Shown here piece after piece: positions 48,934-63,300 of a DNA stretch of 64,000 nt (its first letter is position 1; every line of letters begins with the position of its first letter). A program made the translations under genes and the position numbers. Under the pieces are notes generated by a model that was given only the letters and a program-made list of their open reading frames with translations, was not told where the DNA came from and ran no database searches. Origin of the DNA: Balanoglossus misakiensis (Eukaryota > Animalia > Hemichordata). The DNA lies in contig CM082580.2 of NCBI GenBank assembly GCA_040954595.2, positions 3,214,783 through 3,278,782 on the forward strand, given 5' to 3'.

Positions 48934-49695
48934 TTTATCTTCAGGGAATGTTAGTCATGCATACTACCGATGTACTTTCATCCCCTCCCCCTAAAAAAGA
49001 AAGATGAAAGTAATGTACATGTACAATATTATTGAGATTACCCACAATTCTCACTGATTTGTATTGTTGAAGGTCACAAGCACTTTACCATCTAAATTGT
49101 ATTTTAATTTAAGTACAAGTGCGTTTTCTAGCAAACATTTCTATATAGTCACAGAGGCCATAAAGTTCCAGATTTAATGCAGTAACTTTAAATTGCCACA
49201 TTTTGGGGAAACATGGACAAATAAATTCTCTGTATGTCTTTTGGAAAAAAAAAGAAACAATTATCCCTTGTCAATTTTGTTTCCTCCTTTCCTTTGCACT
49301 TTAGTGTGGCTCATCAAATTGAAAATGTTTCTAAAATTCCTGTAACGCATCTCCAAATAAGAGCCTATGGGAATTCTTTGAGCAATGCAGATGGTGCAAA
49401 TCAGAATGAATCATAGGATTGTTAGTTCTGTATGACAGGATGTAATTTTGTGTGGAGTTCGTGTTTAGCAATAGATCACTCAATACCCATACAATGGCAC
49501 TGAGACAATCACGGCCAGATATTTGGAAGAACATTGATTGCAAATGAAGTGTATAGTTGGAATAAGTGAAACTTGTACTAACATGACAGTCTGAAATTAT
49601 AACAAAACATGGACCCGTAATGGTTTGTAAACTGATCATTATCTCTGAGCTACTACATTCAGACTTCTCCATCTGCTTACCAGTGTTCCAATTGT

Positions 49696-49862
49696 GGCTG
49701 CCTTAAATAGGTTTTCACTTTGCGCTAGGGGGTCAAATCACATTGCATTCTGGGCGAAAAGTCGACAACCCACTGCAGTAAGAGATAGAAGAAAATTTAT
49801 TGTATTTCTTGACTTCCTATGGTCAAACATGTCTGTCTTTTGTAGTTAGCATATTAAACTCA
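49696..49862. repeat. Dispersed repeat, copy of 12742-12930
   Basis: Direct sequence similarity to the TRRAP intronic copy. Confidence 0.75.
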
Positions 49863-51347
49863 TTACACCTTTTTCACATTTTGTTATCTTTTTCTGCTAA
49901 AAAGTTTCAAAATGACCCATCATCACTTTAGCTATAAATGAACTCCCAAAAATCAGCCATCTTGGAATTGTGTCGACCATATGAGATTTTCATCACTCAC
50001 TTAGGTAGCTTAAAACCTATTCAAGGTAGGGAGAATTGTGGATGATTTGCATGAAAGGCAAAAATCTATAGGGTGAGTAGGACAGCACACAGCTGTGTGA
50101 TTTATAATTGGTGCCTGCAAGTCTTGCTTCAATGAACAACACTATATCAGGGAAGACACGAGGGACAACTTGTACACATCCCAAAGGAGTGATTCTTCAG
50201 ATCCGTCTACTTACAAAGGGATCAGAAAACTGAGATTCCATCCTTCATCCACAATGTGGAAGTCTGTCAGAAATTGATAAATGCAAACAAGGTACACCTT
50301 GCATTCCGATGGTGTTGATAACAAAACTGTAATTGCCGCATGATAGTGTGGCACAAATCGAAATTACAGATCCAGTTTCTTGTCCATTTAACCTCTCTGG
50401 TTTTAGATTCATTTGAAATTTCTGAAGGTTATTAAAAAATTAATCAGTTTGATGGAATTGACTGACATACAAATTGATGAACCTAGTCCATGTATGATAG
50501 AATGAAATCAGTCCAGGAATATCTGCAAAATGACTTTGAAAATGGTTTAAACAAAAGTATTGAAGCCCTATGGTACATAACATTTTGCAGTTTTGTTTAA
50601 CTTAAAATAATTTCAAATTCTCTTTGATATTCCTTGGTAATATATACTTTGTTATAAAGGGTGGCGGTCTTCATGCCTTCAGTTGGTACAAGTGTAACTG
50701 CTACAGTGTACTTCATTGCAAACACTGTGTCCTTACTTTTTATCAAAATTCCATGTAATTTTTATAATACTCAGGTTGGTAGGGTCTCTTCTGAACAGTG
50801 GGAATAATGTCGATGGTGTGCTTATAAACAAGATGTCCAGACGAACCTCCCCTTTTAATAAGCCATTTTTGTGACACTACAGTATCATATTCATCACATC
50901 ACATCACACTTCCCATAACACCGTCACAAAGTACCATACTTAGATAACTTGGACCTAGATAGGGAGTTCTTTATTATGAGCAATTCCTAAGTAGACATGT
51001 TCGTTGGGGGGGGGGGGGGGGGGGGGGTGCGACTCCACCTTGTTTTGAGTGAAACTTGTGTCTGTTCATGAGTATTGTGGACCTAGTCGGAAATAAATCA
51101 TTTGTTGTTGAACTATTATACATCTTGCCAATACATCACATGAATCACAAACATTCATACAGTCAAACTACATGACTCTTTGTAATCTCGTAGTAATTCA
51201 TATTTTATCATATCATGGCATAAACAGGTGAACATGCACCAAGTAGTGTCAGCTGACACAGTTGACCTCAATAATGACAATATCAGAGATAGAAATTAAA
51301 CCAAAATGAAGCATGATAATAACATTACAGAATCTGCATGCCATTAA

Positions 51348-51681
51348 AGGGACAAAATCTCTCTCTCGCTGCCCCTTTTCCATTAATTATGTTTGATACA
51401 AGACACTGTTTATGTTAATGTAGTATATTAACATAAACGTTCAACCACACACAACTTCCAGCCCGCTTGTATGATATGAGATAAAAAAACTCACCCAAAA
51501 TGAATAAATGGTAGAGAACGATTATTCATTTTGGCAAGTTTTTCACTCTTGTGTCTACAAGTGAAATGGAAGTTGTGTGTGGTTGAACGTTGATTCACTA
51601 TATATCCACATGTTGAACAACATAAACGGTGTCTTGTATCAACATTAATGGAAAAAGGGCAGCGAGAGAGACTTTGTCCCT
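51348..51681. mobile_element. MITE family B, full copy (TTAA TSD)
   Basis: ttaa-agggacaaaatctctctctcgctgcccc...gggcagcgagagagactttgtccct-ttaa. Confidence 0.87.
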
Positions 51682-52073
51682 TTAACATTGTCACTAGCAG
51701 CTATTATCATTATCTCACTACACCACTGGCGGCTAATTAACTTTTTTCCAGAATGTGGATTTTACACTGTATACATCTGACACATGTTAAAAATTTCTGG
51801 AAAAATAAACTTACATAAAATATGATAAAATTAAGCTTCTTTTTGATTGTCCATACGCTTGTGACCATTGAATCTATCAACATCAACTTCGATTAATTTG
51901 TTCATTTGTCCCTTAAACAGACAATCACTGCTTCCAATACACAGTCCCCTTTGTTTATGAGGTATTTTTTTCATTGTCATGCACATATTGCTGGCTGATG
52001 TCCAGTGCTCAAGACAACCAGCTTGATCTCCCAAATCAATGTAAATGTGGTATTTTATACACTGAGATATTAA

Positions 52074-52340
52074 AGGCAAATGAAAAATAAATTGTGTGGT
52101 TCTGATAACCTGACCTGTTTTAAATCGCCGACGGTCGACTTTTTACGGGTTTTCGGAAGTTTAAAAAAAGAGTAATTGCCTCTATAAAACACAGAAAAAG
52201 CAAATAACTAAATAAATAAATATTTGGAATGACATGACATTATAAGCAGAAGACATTTTCTTATAAATAAAAAAAATGACAATGACTCTATTTCTGAAAA
52301 GCATGTTATTGGAACCACACAATTTTTTTTCCTTCATTTC
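52074..52340. mobile_element. TTAA-flanked TIR element (degenerate MITE)
   Basis: ttaa-aggcaaatgaaaaataaattgtgtggttctgataac ... gttattggaaccacacaattttt...cttcatttc-ttaa. Confidence 0.55.
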
Positions 52341-52601
52341 TTAAATGTTTTCTGGAAAACTTTGACTTGTAAGTACATGTTCAATGGGACAGTATATAAT
52401 GAAATTGAGTATACACATTTCCTTTATTTTCTCCACTTCAGAAATTCTACTTGATTTCTGTTGTTGTTTTTCTTTGGATGACTTTATATGTGATATCCAA
52501 ACACACTCACATACATATTCCATAACCTTGATGTGACCATAGCAGATTCAATCCGGTGTATAACCCTGGCAACTGCTTGCTTTTAACCAAGTAAATAAAT
52601 A

Positions 52602-52811
52602 CTGTAAAACAGGTTATTTTCGCGAGCAATAAATTTTCGCGAAATACGCGAGAGCCAAAACAACACGAAAATAAAAAGTCGCGTAAAAATGTTTTTCAGA
52701 GATAACTTTGCAGTTAGTAAAATACAAGAACGCGAAAATTAACCCTCGCGTAACAGTTGCCTGTTTTGATATCGCGAAAATGTCCTGTCGCGAAAATTAC
52801 CCGTTTTACAG
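52602..52811. mobile_element. MITE family A, diverged copy (reverse orientation)
   Basis: ta-ctgtaaaacaggttattttcgcgag...cgcgaaaattacccgttttacag-ta. Confidence 0.82.
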
Positions 52812-53429
52812 TATAGGTTTCAAGAATATCTGTATTTCTCCCAGTAAGAGTCCCAGCTTAAAGGCAACAGCCCAGCTCCCATTTTATGATGAATTTTCTA
52901 GGTTTATATCCTGTCACGAGCCATGGATTGTAGATTTTTATGGCTGAACTATACCACTGACATATGGCACATGCAGGAAGCACTGATGTTTGTCTGCATT
53001 TTTTTAGTATTTTCTTGTCATCTTATACATTTTGTACGTAATTGATCACTGTTAGTTGTGAATATAAAAAGCCTGTGTATACTTCAACAGCAAATCTGCC
53101 ATACGACAATTTACAAATGTACTGGCAAGAGCAAGGCAATGTTTAAGCCCATGGTCTCTCAGTGGGAGAAATACAGTATCATTACCCAAAAAAATTGAAA
53201 CTGGGAGTGCCAAATTTTATGGTTCCAGACTGCAATTAAAATAATTTATGTACCACACATAAACCAACAAGATACAAAATAAATTTTATATTCACAGAGT
53301 TAAAATTAATCAATAGGCAACATGTTTAATGTACTTTTAGGGCACCACCTGAGAACTATACCATTGTATAAGTCAGTCAATGAAAAGCAATATCAGCAAA
53401 ATTGTACTTGGGATGTGGTACTGGATTAA

Positions 53430-53615
53430 AGGTATATGGTCACCTCTAATTTACATATACCTATATATGGTAAAAGGGCATGATTGTCTAAGTGTCCAAA
53501 TGACTATGTGGTGGCATGTTTTCTTTAATGTGTCACCCACTGAAAAACTGTGATTGGCTATATTTGAATTTTCCATGGTAACAGTGGTTAAATTTGCATA
53601 GGTGACCGTATACCT
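53430..53615. mobile_element. MITE family C copy (TTAA TSD)
   Basis: ttaa-aggtatatggtcacct...aggtgaccgtatacct-ttaa. Confidence 0.85.
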
Positions 53616-54235
53616 TTAAGACAATGAGTGACAATGAGCAAACAACCCTCTCCCTGAACTCTATAGTTCTACATCATGTTTTTGGAAAATAAGATTTCTA
53701 CCAGATGACAGTGGAATATGAAAAGATAGAACAATATCGGTCCTCGCTAAATTGAATTTAGTCGAAGCATTTCTGCTAAATGGCTCTGGATGGATGCAGA
53801 CAGACAGACTGAGCCCAATCAAATAGTCCGGGACTAAAAACTAAAACTTGCTATCTGACATTTGGAAGATATATGCCTTGAACATAGACACTAGCATACA
53901 AATGTAAATATTACATTGGTGACTTCTTACAATCTCTGATATCCTTTTTCTAGTTAATAAATACAATACTGTACACACCTGTACCACACTTTCAACTTAA
54001 AATAATGATAATTGTATTCTTATCTCTAGCTGCTATACACTTGTGTACATTAGATCAATTCATTATAAATTGGAAGCCACATTTTATCAAGTTCATCTGA
54101 AGGGACCAGGAGTTCAGTGACTTCCGCGTCCAATTTCAATTCCAATGCTCTATCTTCTAATAAAAGATTTTTTCAAAATTAATACTATACACACATTTTC
54201 AAAGTCCACGTTTTGTTGCCGTCCTATATATGCAC

Positions 54236-56400
54236 CTACAGCACAGGTAGCGAAACTGTCTGCTTCAATTTGAGTATTTTGGAACGGCAAATCACACACC
54301 TCAGCGGTAAAAGCCTCTGGGAAACGGCTACCTGTATTGTTTTCACAAAACACTTGCGACAAACGACTTTGTGGCCGCATGGAAATGTGTGCATAGTTGC
54401 CTTGGCATTGATGCACACCACACACTGTGAAAAGAAAAGAAAAATATTTCAGATTATTAGTTAATACCAGTCGTAATTTATGGCATTCAAACCTCTGCAT
54501 AAGTTTCTCCCCTCCCCCCTCCCCTACCCACTGTCTCAAGCAATCAAGCAATCAAGTAAAACTATGCAGTGTCGCACTCACACTGGGGTTAAGCTGCAAT
54601 TTTATATTCATATCAACTGTACATTATACACATGCTGAGTCTGAGAATAATTTCTTGGCTCTAATCAGTGAAAACAGATGAACCTAGTATGCCCCTGAAT
54701 GAACTAAATAGATTAGAATATTTTATGGCACACCACAGCCGTAGAACACAGTACAATGGATGTGACATAGTCTGATTAGGATTGAATAGGTGGGCATTTC
54801 ATAGAGAGATAGAAATGAGCTTTGATGCCAGAAAAATATGTAAAATCTATGAAACAAGTTGCCCAGTTGCACAAATGTGAAAATAGGTCATATCTGTTAT
54901 CGATTTTCATACATTCAAAGTAAAAAATGTAAAAATTTGGAAACTCGGTCTAAAATCTGAACAGTTGTTTATATCTAATTGAAGGCATTTTGATAAATTA
55001 AAATACGGCTAAAATTTGATTGCAACAAAATATTTGATTTTCAAAATAATAATAGCAGTTCATTTTATAAGTATACTTTCACTGCATTGTGCGTATATGC
55101 AAATGGAATTAACCTAAAAATGGTAAAATATTTAGCCTCAAAATACTGGGACAGTGTGCTTTCCTCACTGATAAATAATGAAGGCTTAAATTTCCATTAC
55201 AATGCAAATGAATTGCTCAGTAAATGAATTATTTGTTTGTAATTCAAAATCACTAAAATCCAAAAGGTGGAAAACATATAAGTTTAACATAAATATCACA
55301 ACTTCCATTTTTGATCAAAGTTATCCTAGGTAGTCAATCTGATTCACAATCTTCTCTTTTCGATTTAATCACTAAACATCCTTTGAACTCGACCTTGTTG
55401 AAGAACATCAGTCTTCCAGAATTTGATTAAACTTGATTTCACCTCGACCTTAATCTCAGTTTAATTAATAGCACATCAGAAGTTTTTCTAGTCAGTGTCC
55501 ATAATTTTGATGGCTAGCTGACATTATGAAAATTATGGAAGTATGATAGGTCCATGTGTCAAAATGCAGCCATTTCTAATACATTTTCATTCATTAAAGC
55601 CCCATGCTCTGCAACAGTGTTTTTGTTAAGGGTGGTACCCAGATAGATGTTACCGGGGTTCCACAGTCATTTTACTGGGGTTCCCCTTGGTATATCAATG
55701 GAGTCATATTAGCAGAAGCGTTATTGGGGTTTCCCAACCTTAGCAAAAACACTGTGCATTTTTGGGGGGAAATTATCTGTACTAATAATAACTGTATTAA
55801 TATTAGGCAATTCAGATATATGTACATTGTATTAAAGTATAAATAAGTATTATAAGTATGAGTGCATATGCAAGTTTTAACCAGACAAATAATAAAGCTT
55901 TGCCGCAAAGAAACCTGGCCGCCACTGTCGGAAAATGCAAAATACAATGAAAATATTTGATTTCCCACTATGAAACTTCAAAAAACAATTTAAACAAAGC
56001 ATAATCTCATTCACCAGATCACATGGAAGTAAATGAACTCCACTCAGACATTCTATTTTCACTTTTTTTAAATTATGGGAATTTTTGCCTGTCCTGATAT
56101 TTTATTGGTCATTTTATCATAAGTAAAGTGTTTCCTTAAAATACTATCAGGCAATATTATTTAATAGACAGAAATAAAAGCATATCCAAGATTACATTTT
56201 TTTTTATCGAGTTGCAGCTCATGGGGCTTGAACTGAGTGAATATTTTCGCTGAGGAAAACCCTAATGCATGATGGCATCCTTCGTGTGTCGCACACCACA
56301 AGTCAATCTTGCTCGCTTGAAAAAAGTTACATCTCACCTCATCATCTTCTGAAGTAGATTTGTCCACATCATATCGATCAAGTTTTAATAATAATTTCTC
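54236..56400 (-). CDS. Small RING-finger (C3HC4, zf-C3HC4_3-like) protein, last two coding exons; upstream exons not identified
   Basis: Exon 56400-56338 (EKLLLKLDRYDVDKSTSEDDE; ttctctacag acceptor, gtgaga donor) splices in phase 0 to 54424-54236 (CVVCINAKATMHTFPCGHKVVCRKCFVKTIQVAVSQRLLPLRCVICRSKILKLKQTVSLPVL*; cttttcacag acceptor). Confidence 0.85.
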
Positions 56401-56537
56401 CTGTAGAGAAAAAAGATTATAATAATGTTTATAAAAATATTACAGTTGAATGAGAATGCATAAGCCTGTGAAGATAATTGTCAATCATGCATACTACACA
56501 AGTAGTGTGTGTGGCCTCATTTACTCCACAGCACATA

Positions 56538-56745
56538 CTGTAAAACATGTTATTTTCGCGAGTTGAAATTTTCGCGATATCGAGAGAGGCCACTGTTTCG
56601 CGAGTATTAATTTTCGTGTTCTCGTACTGCATTGTGCACATTGTTCTTTCACAACTATATCTACGCGAGTCTTTATTTTTGTGTTTTTTTGGCTCTCGCA
56701 TATTTCGCGTAAATTTATTGCTTGCGAAAATAACATGTTTTACAG
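56538..56745. mobile_element. MITE family A copy (subfamily A2)
   Basis: TA-flanked TIRs; internal segment like the 27807 copy. Confidence 0.88.
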
Positions 56746-57125
56746 TACATTATACATGTACAAATCAGCATTGTTTAACAAGAGTAAATCATTGATTGCA
56801 GTTTAAGTCCTTTATAAGAACAAATTAATGGAGGAGATTTTTCAATGTATCATTGAATGCATTAATTTCAATGGGTATGTCATTTATGAGTGTACTTTGA
56901 AATTGAGCATTTAATTATAAATGAAATTTTCAGGACTCATCTTGCTTCATTTTTCATTCTGGATGAGTGGGCAAAAAAAAAATCAAAAGTAGGCGACAGA
57001 ATTAATGATGGAACAGGGAAGGGAGAAGAGACAGAGTACATGTACATGGCTCTTATGTACATTTGTAAACCCCAATGTATTTTTTTTGTCTGAAATATAC
57101 ACTGGTGTAATGTATGTGTAGAATA

Positions 57126-57333
57126 CTGTAAAACATGTTATTTTCGCGAGCAATAAATTTTCTCAAAATACGTGAGAACCAAAATAGCGTGAAAATAAAA
57201 AGTCGCGTAAATTTTTTTTGAAGATAACGATGCAGTGAATGAAATAAGAGAATGTGAAAATTAATACTCGCGAAACAGTGGCCTCTCTCGATATTGCAAA
57301 AATTTCAACTCGCGAAAATTAAATGTTTTACAG
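57126..57333. mobile_element. MITE family A copy (reverse orientation)
   Basis: ta-ctgtaaaacatgttattttcgcgag...aaatgttttacag-ta. Confidence 0.88.
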
Positions 57334-60300
57334 TATTTGTAGAATATATTTAGGTCTCACTACAGTAGACGAATAATGAGTGTGTTGTCAACATGCAAAC
57401 TAGATCGATGGATCTGTACAGCTGATACCACGATATTGCCAACCATTCAAGAATTTGTATTGTATCAGTACATTTCCAGAATACTGTGTGGGAGGTTTGA
57501 CATGCATTGTAACATGCGGTTCCAAAACAGTTGAGAACTATTTGATGTAGTGGAATCTGATTAGGTTGAAAAGGCCATTCATACAGTCTGGGGGGACATG
57601 TCTATCTTGTGTGATGTGAATTCTCAACGGAGAATAATTATTCTAATATGTGGAGAAATTCTTTTGAGCTGTTGGATTGTGCATGGTTATGCTCTGGTAT
57701 GTTGTCAGTGGTGCCACCAAATTCTCTGGTCGATGCAGTAAAATGTCTACATTGTTGGTTCCTTTTCTCTATTATTTACAAAGAAATCAAATATATTTTT
57801 TTATAAAAGGCAACTCCGTTGTTACATGCACGGATGGGTCAGTTGTGAAATAACACAACCAGCGTACGTGTACACACGTTGTATGTGGTTGGAAGTAAAG
57901 CTTTTAGGCAACATGTGACAGAATGTGTGGGAAGATTTGAATCCATCACATGCACTCACGGCCTACACACTGTTAGCAGCTTGGATGACTAACTGAACAG
58001 ATGAGACAAACATGTACGTATGTTTCCATTGAAAACAAAGAGGTGTGGAGAGATTAAAATGCTCTGACATCATATGGCCATATTTTTCTATTTCCTGTTC
58101 GATTTTTGGGATATTTCTGTGGTTTTTATCAGCATTAAGCACCAAAACAGTAACTTAAACTAGCTGAATATATAAACTATGCAAAAAAGAACATGAGAAA
58201 TATAAATATGAAAAATCTGAATTTTTATCTGTTCTGATCGAAACATTGCAATTTGTCTGAGTTCAAGAAACATGGCCAGGTGACTGTGATCACTCGATAG
58301 GAACTGTTCTAACCAGATCATATGAGATCACTTTACTATTCCATTAGGAATTAAATTCGTTTCCTACAGCACTTTATTTGAGGGTTTGTTGACCCGAGCG
58401 TTATCTGTGCAACACAATTCTAACTGAAGCACAATTTGTTTCAGTTGTTGAACAGATGTAATAATTGACTGTTTATTGGAAATCATTACAGCCAATATTT
58501 GCCACACAAAAAAGAAAAAATCTACAGTCAGCAATTGAAAGAATATATTCTATAAAGGAACGGGGCAATGTAGGATTTGTGTCATCAAATGTGGGCTGAA
58601 AATTTTGCTCTACAATCCTACAGTACATGACGTGTAGGTGTAATGTTATTTTGTGCTGTAAAAATGATAAACTTCATGTCCACTACACCAATTTAATCAG
58701 CCTCCATACAAACAGTACGCAGCTATCGTGGTATGCCAAGAGATGCAAATGCAAGTAATATGGCTTAATGGTGAGGATTTTAGAGGATAGGGAATATATT
58801 TGTAGTATTTTACTGTGGGAAAATAAATATGTGAAATTTGACAGCTCTAGAGGCTTTAAACTGTGGTTGGGAATAAAATATGAAATAATGCAAGAGTGCT
58901 TCATAGAAATAATCAATATACATTCTGGGTGAATGAAAGGATTGTTATTTTAGAATCTGCTTAATACACAAGAGCTCGAGATATAAATAGCCTACAAATA
59001 TTTATATAACACTGAAAGTCATGGAAATGGTTTCAATGCTGTATGTAGGCTTTTCAGTACAAATCAATAGTTCTGTTAATAATAATACAACTAAGATCTG
59101 CATTTAGAATCCGACTAACATTTATGGCACTATGAGTGATTGACGATAAAACCAGATAGTTTATTATAACCAGTATGAAACTGGTTTCTGTAGTGTCAAG
59201 TTTCCAAGAGTGTTTTATCAAAGATTATATTTATATCATGCTACCGTCCGCCATTCTGATTGGACGGGAGCGATGGTAAAATACTGTTTTACCACTGGCT
59301 GTTTCACTAAGAAAATGACACTAATATGCCACAAAATTAATTGTTGATATAATATAGTAGCAAATAACCCCACCTCAGTTGGGTATGCACTGGATTTTGG
59401 TACACATTAGTGTTATCAATTCATTCCAAATACATTTAAGCAATATCCAGGAAACTACATCAGCTGGAGAAGGTGTTGGTTTATGTAGGGGATTTTGTTA
59501 CTGTCATAAGCAGATGTCCAGGCCAAAGATGTGATTGTTACAACTAATAACTTAAGCAGGCTTCCAGAGTTATCCAGCAAAGAGATGTTACTAGTGACAG
59601 TTGTAAACTCCTTACATTGATACATGTACAATATCTCTACGGATGACACACTTCTATCAGATCCGGACTACCTTACTTGAACCCTGGATTTGGAAAACTT
59701 CAAAGCTCTGTCTATAGTTTCATTTCCAAGATTTCAAAAGACATCTGGAACATTGCGGAAATGAAGCACTGACAAGTGAGATTTATTGGAGTGAAACATA
59801 AGAGATATTGGCATATTTCCTGGGTCTATTCTTTGGTTTTCAAAAGTATTCATTAGGATGGCTGGAGCACGGAACTCGGTTATGCAGCATTAAATGTCTG
59901 CCATTTATAATGTTTCTTGTTTAAGGATTGATGGAAAGAGAAGTGTGCACTTCATGCTGATGTTCTGATGTGCATTTGTGTGCTGTTCTTATTCCGTTGT
60001 CAATTTTAATGTACACTGTTGATCTTACAGAGGATTGGTCTCATTGGCCGAGTTAGTTACTGACTTTTTAAAGGGCAATTATCGTCATTTTGGGGAGGCT
60101 GTTGTGTGGGACGCACTGGTTACAAAATCACATAATTCCGTGCGAATATTAAACTCTCTAATATGGCCGCCAGACCAATAACTAATAAAAGCTTTACTTG
60201 GGGATTCTTACACTGTTTGGAGTGAAGAATAATTCGTAAACTATGAACACCATTCAAATTCCAAATCTACAGCAGAAATTTCAGTGCTGAAAACTCTTCC

Positions 60301-63300
60301 GAAATTTTGTGAGATAAGCCTGCGTACCGCACGATGTCCAGCTCATCTGTCCAGTCGCTGCAGCACGCAATCGCTTCAAACGCTTCATATCTGGTTTAAA
60401 TTCAATTAGAAATGCCTCCCTGCCTTTTCCACATTAAAATTTGTGGCATATTTTCAGTAACGAAAACATTTATCATGATTGTAATAACAGTTTATTAGAA
60501 TATGCAAATCATTCCAAACTAGTGTCAAGGACACTGCTCCCATTTCATCCGAATTGGCACAAACAAGTGAAATATCCAGTGTGTCGAGCTACCGGGTAAT
60601 ATATGCACAGTCTCATACCCCCTTCCATCCCAAACCAACCCAACCTAGCTAAGCAGCCAATATGGATTGCATAGCCACATAATTTACGGGATACATATAC
60701 CAGTTCAGTTATTGGCAGTTTTGTCATAAATTCTGATGGAGAATATTCCCATGAACCAGGAACCAAATTCCAAAGCAATTTGGTAAGTGCATGGCTTTTG
60801 AGCAAGAGATGTTTGACCCAAAATGACAAATCTGCCTCTAGAATAGAATATAGAATATTTGCTACAGTCATTATATGCATTAAAGCCCCTCTAGCACAAA
60901 CGGTACTAATTCACATAACAAAACATCAATGTAGAAATAATCTTTAAAAAAAGACAAATTAAGTTGCAGCAACTTTCAGAGCAGCCTACACTTCACAATA
61001 AGAGATAGATTTAGGAATATGTCAGTGAAACTGTCTCTGTAAACATCAAATTTAAACTGCAAGACAGTACTTAAATTTCAGATGGACCATGAAAACATGC
61101 ATTTAACAAATGTTTATGTTTATCTGTACGTCTGAAAAACTCGGTATCAAAATGAATATCACATTGTGTACTACTTCTTGTATCTTTCACAGACTCGCTG
61201 ATGGTCGTACAACTGAGACTAATAAAAAAAACCTTGAAAATAACACAGTCAATCTTCACTAAAACCCATATGGAATACGGTAGTCAATTATCTGATGTGT
61301 TTTCTATTAAGCAAACCTTGTTGATTCATCTGCTCCATCTAACCAAAACACACTATCTGACACATGAGAGGCAACATTCATAATCGACACAACAGGGTGG
61401 AAAATTTCCAATTATAGATCAATTGGGAAAAAAAATATGGATTTTCGCATCCATGCCGATTGCTAGATTAGTGATGTAATCTGTGTGTGGTTATAGACCA
61501 CAGATGTTCACAATCCAATTCATATTAAATCAGTTTTTGAATCCAACGATTTCTGTTATGGCACTCTGCTAGAACAACTTATCTAAGGGACACACTGAAT
61601 TATCTACAATGTATGTTCCTTGAAACAACAGTTTGAAAACATCATGACATAAAAATAAGATGACAAAGTAGAAAGACTAATACCAGTAACATTTTATGCC
61701 ATTTTCAAACATTCCGATTAATGGAATAGAATAACATGATGAATTTAGTAAAATTCATGTTGAAAATTAGGTGTGTGAAGTTTCCTTGTTTAATGTTGGA
61801 TAATTGTATAACTGCTACTATCCTAACAAATCAGAGTCTTGTGGATTTTTTCACTGGCACTGCAGTACAGAGATTTTCAAATAGTGCAACTATGCAATTA
61901 AATACAGGACATCCAAGGCTTTACCGGCATTACTGCAGGGTCGACTCTTAAATGGGAACACAATATTTCAGGGTTATTCGGATAATTCCCAAACAATGAA
62001 TGAGGAATGTTACACCTGAGTACACTGGATCGAAATTTGGGAAAAGGGAATAATACCGGTACTGTCAGCAATATTTCTATTGTCCAACTAATTTTGGTGT
62101 CATTCATTAATAGAATCTCACACTCCCAAGGACCTGGGATTGTATTTCGCACACAAGTTGGGGATTTTTTGTCACACACAAGCCGCAGGCAAGTGTGGGA
62201 CAAAATATTGCGAATCATGCGAGAACGATGACATCACTTGCATCACGCAAAAACTATGACGTCATATTCTAGACATGTTTTGCTACATGTATATTAGCAT
62301 ATTCAAATGAGTAATGTTGATGATGGAAAGGGATAATTAATCTAAGAGTATTAACCTAGAAGTAGAACACATTTAAATTCACATGACAGAATTCTAAAGA
62401 GTAGTGTACAATGTAACTTTAATCTTGTACTTTATAAAGGCACATGGCACCGGTACTTAAAACAATAAAACTAAGATTAGGAAAAAGAAACAAGCACACA
62501 GCAGCTGCAGAGTGCCTTTGTCTGAATAAGTTGAAGCTATGGAGAAACGAGACCTGCATGGAATATTCCACCCTGACTTGATTGAGTGTTCTTGCTTGAT
62601 AGAATTAGCACTGTTAATGGGTTTCCCTGTTTAGCCGAAATTGCTTTGATTAGCGACTGCAGGCTTGTTTTTTGCTGTTTGAATTTCAATTTCAGGGCTT
62701 GGCGGCAAGCAGGCAATCACTTCTCTTTATTTCGGGTTGTGGGGATAATTGGAATTTTGTTAGCATGCGACTGCAACCAACAGGGGGCTTAAGTTGCTAA
62801 ATGTATGATTCATGTTTCATCAAGTTGCACTGAAATTTTCATCTAATGTTTGCTGTTGTAAGATACGTGCACTGTCAGCTTTGGTTAGATTCAATTTACT
62901 GTCACAAGCCCAGGTAATTCCAAGGTATACCTGTATTGTAAAAGGACTGATTCTGCATAGTTAGAGCTATTTATCACCATACAAGTTTGAGGCAGCAAAT
63001 TTTATTTATAAAGAAATCAGACGTGAACTGAATATGCCCCACGGTTGGACTGTGATAGTTTGTATGTACAAGCCACAGTGACTGTACATTGTCGTACTCA
63101 AGTTTAATGAAACAAATTTTGGCACAGTAATTATGGACATATACCCTAAATTTTCGAAGCCCAGTTGAATATGCAATTTAAAAAGTAAGTTTATATTTAC
63201 ACTCTGGTTGAGATCAATATCTGTAAGCCTTCACTAAATTGGATCAGTAACTTTGGATTCATGTTTCTCATTTTAATATGCTCATTTAATAGGTGCACTG

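Noticed and set aside
29573-51027. Long G/C homopolymers (~29573, ~32004, ~51006) and A tracts in the Gypsy leader and trailer
   Set aside because: Simple mononucleotide runs with no evidence of function.
57400-62800. Assorted 60-110-aa ORFs in the large intron/upstream region of the RING gene
   Set aside because: No recognisable domains or consistent splice phase; expected by chance.
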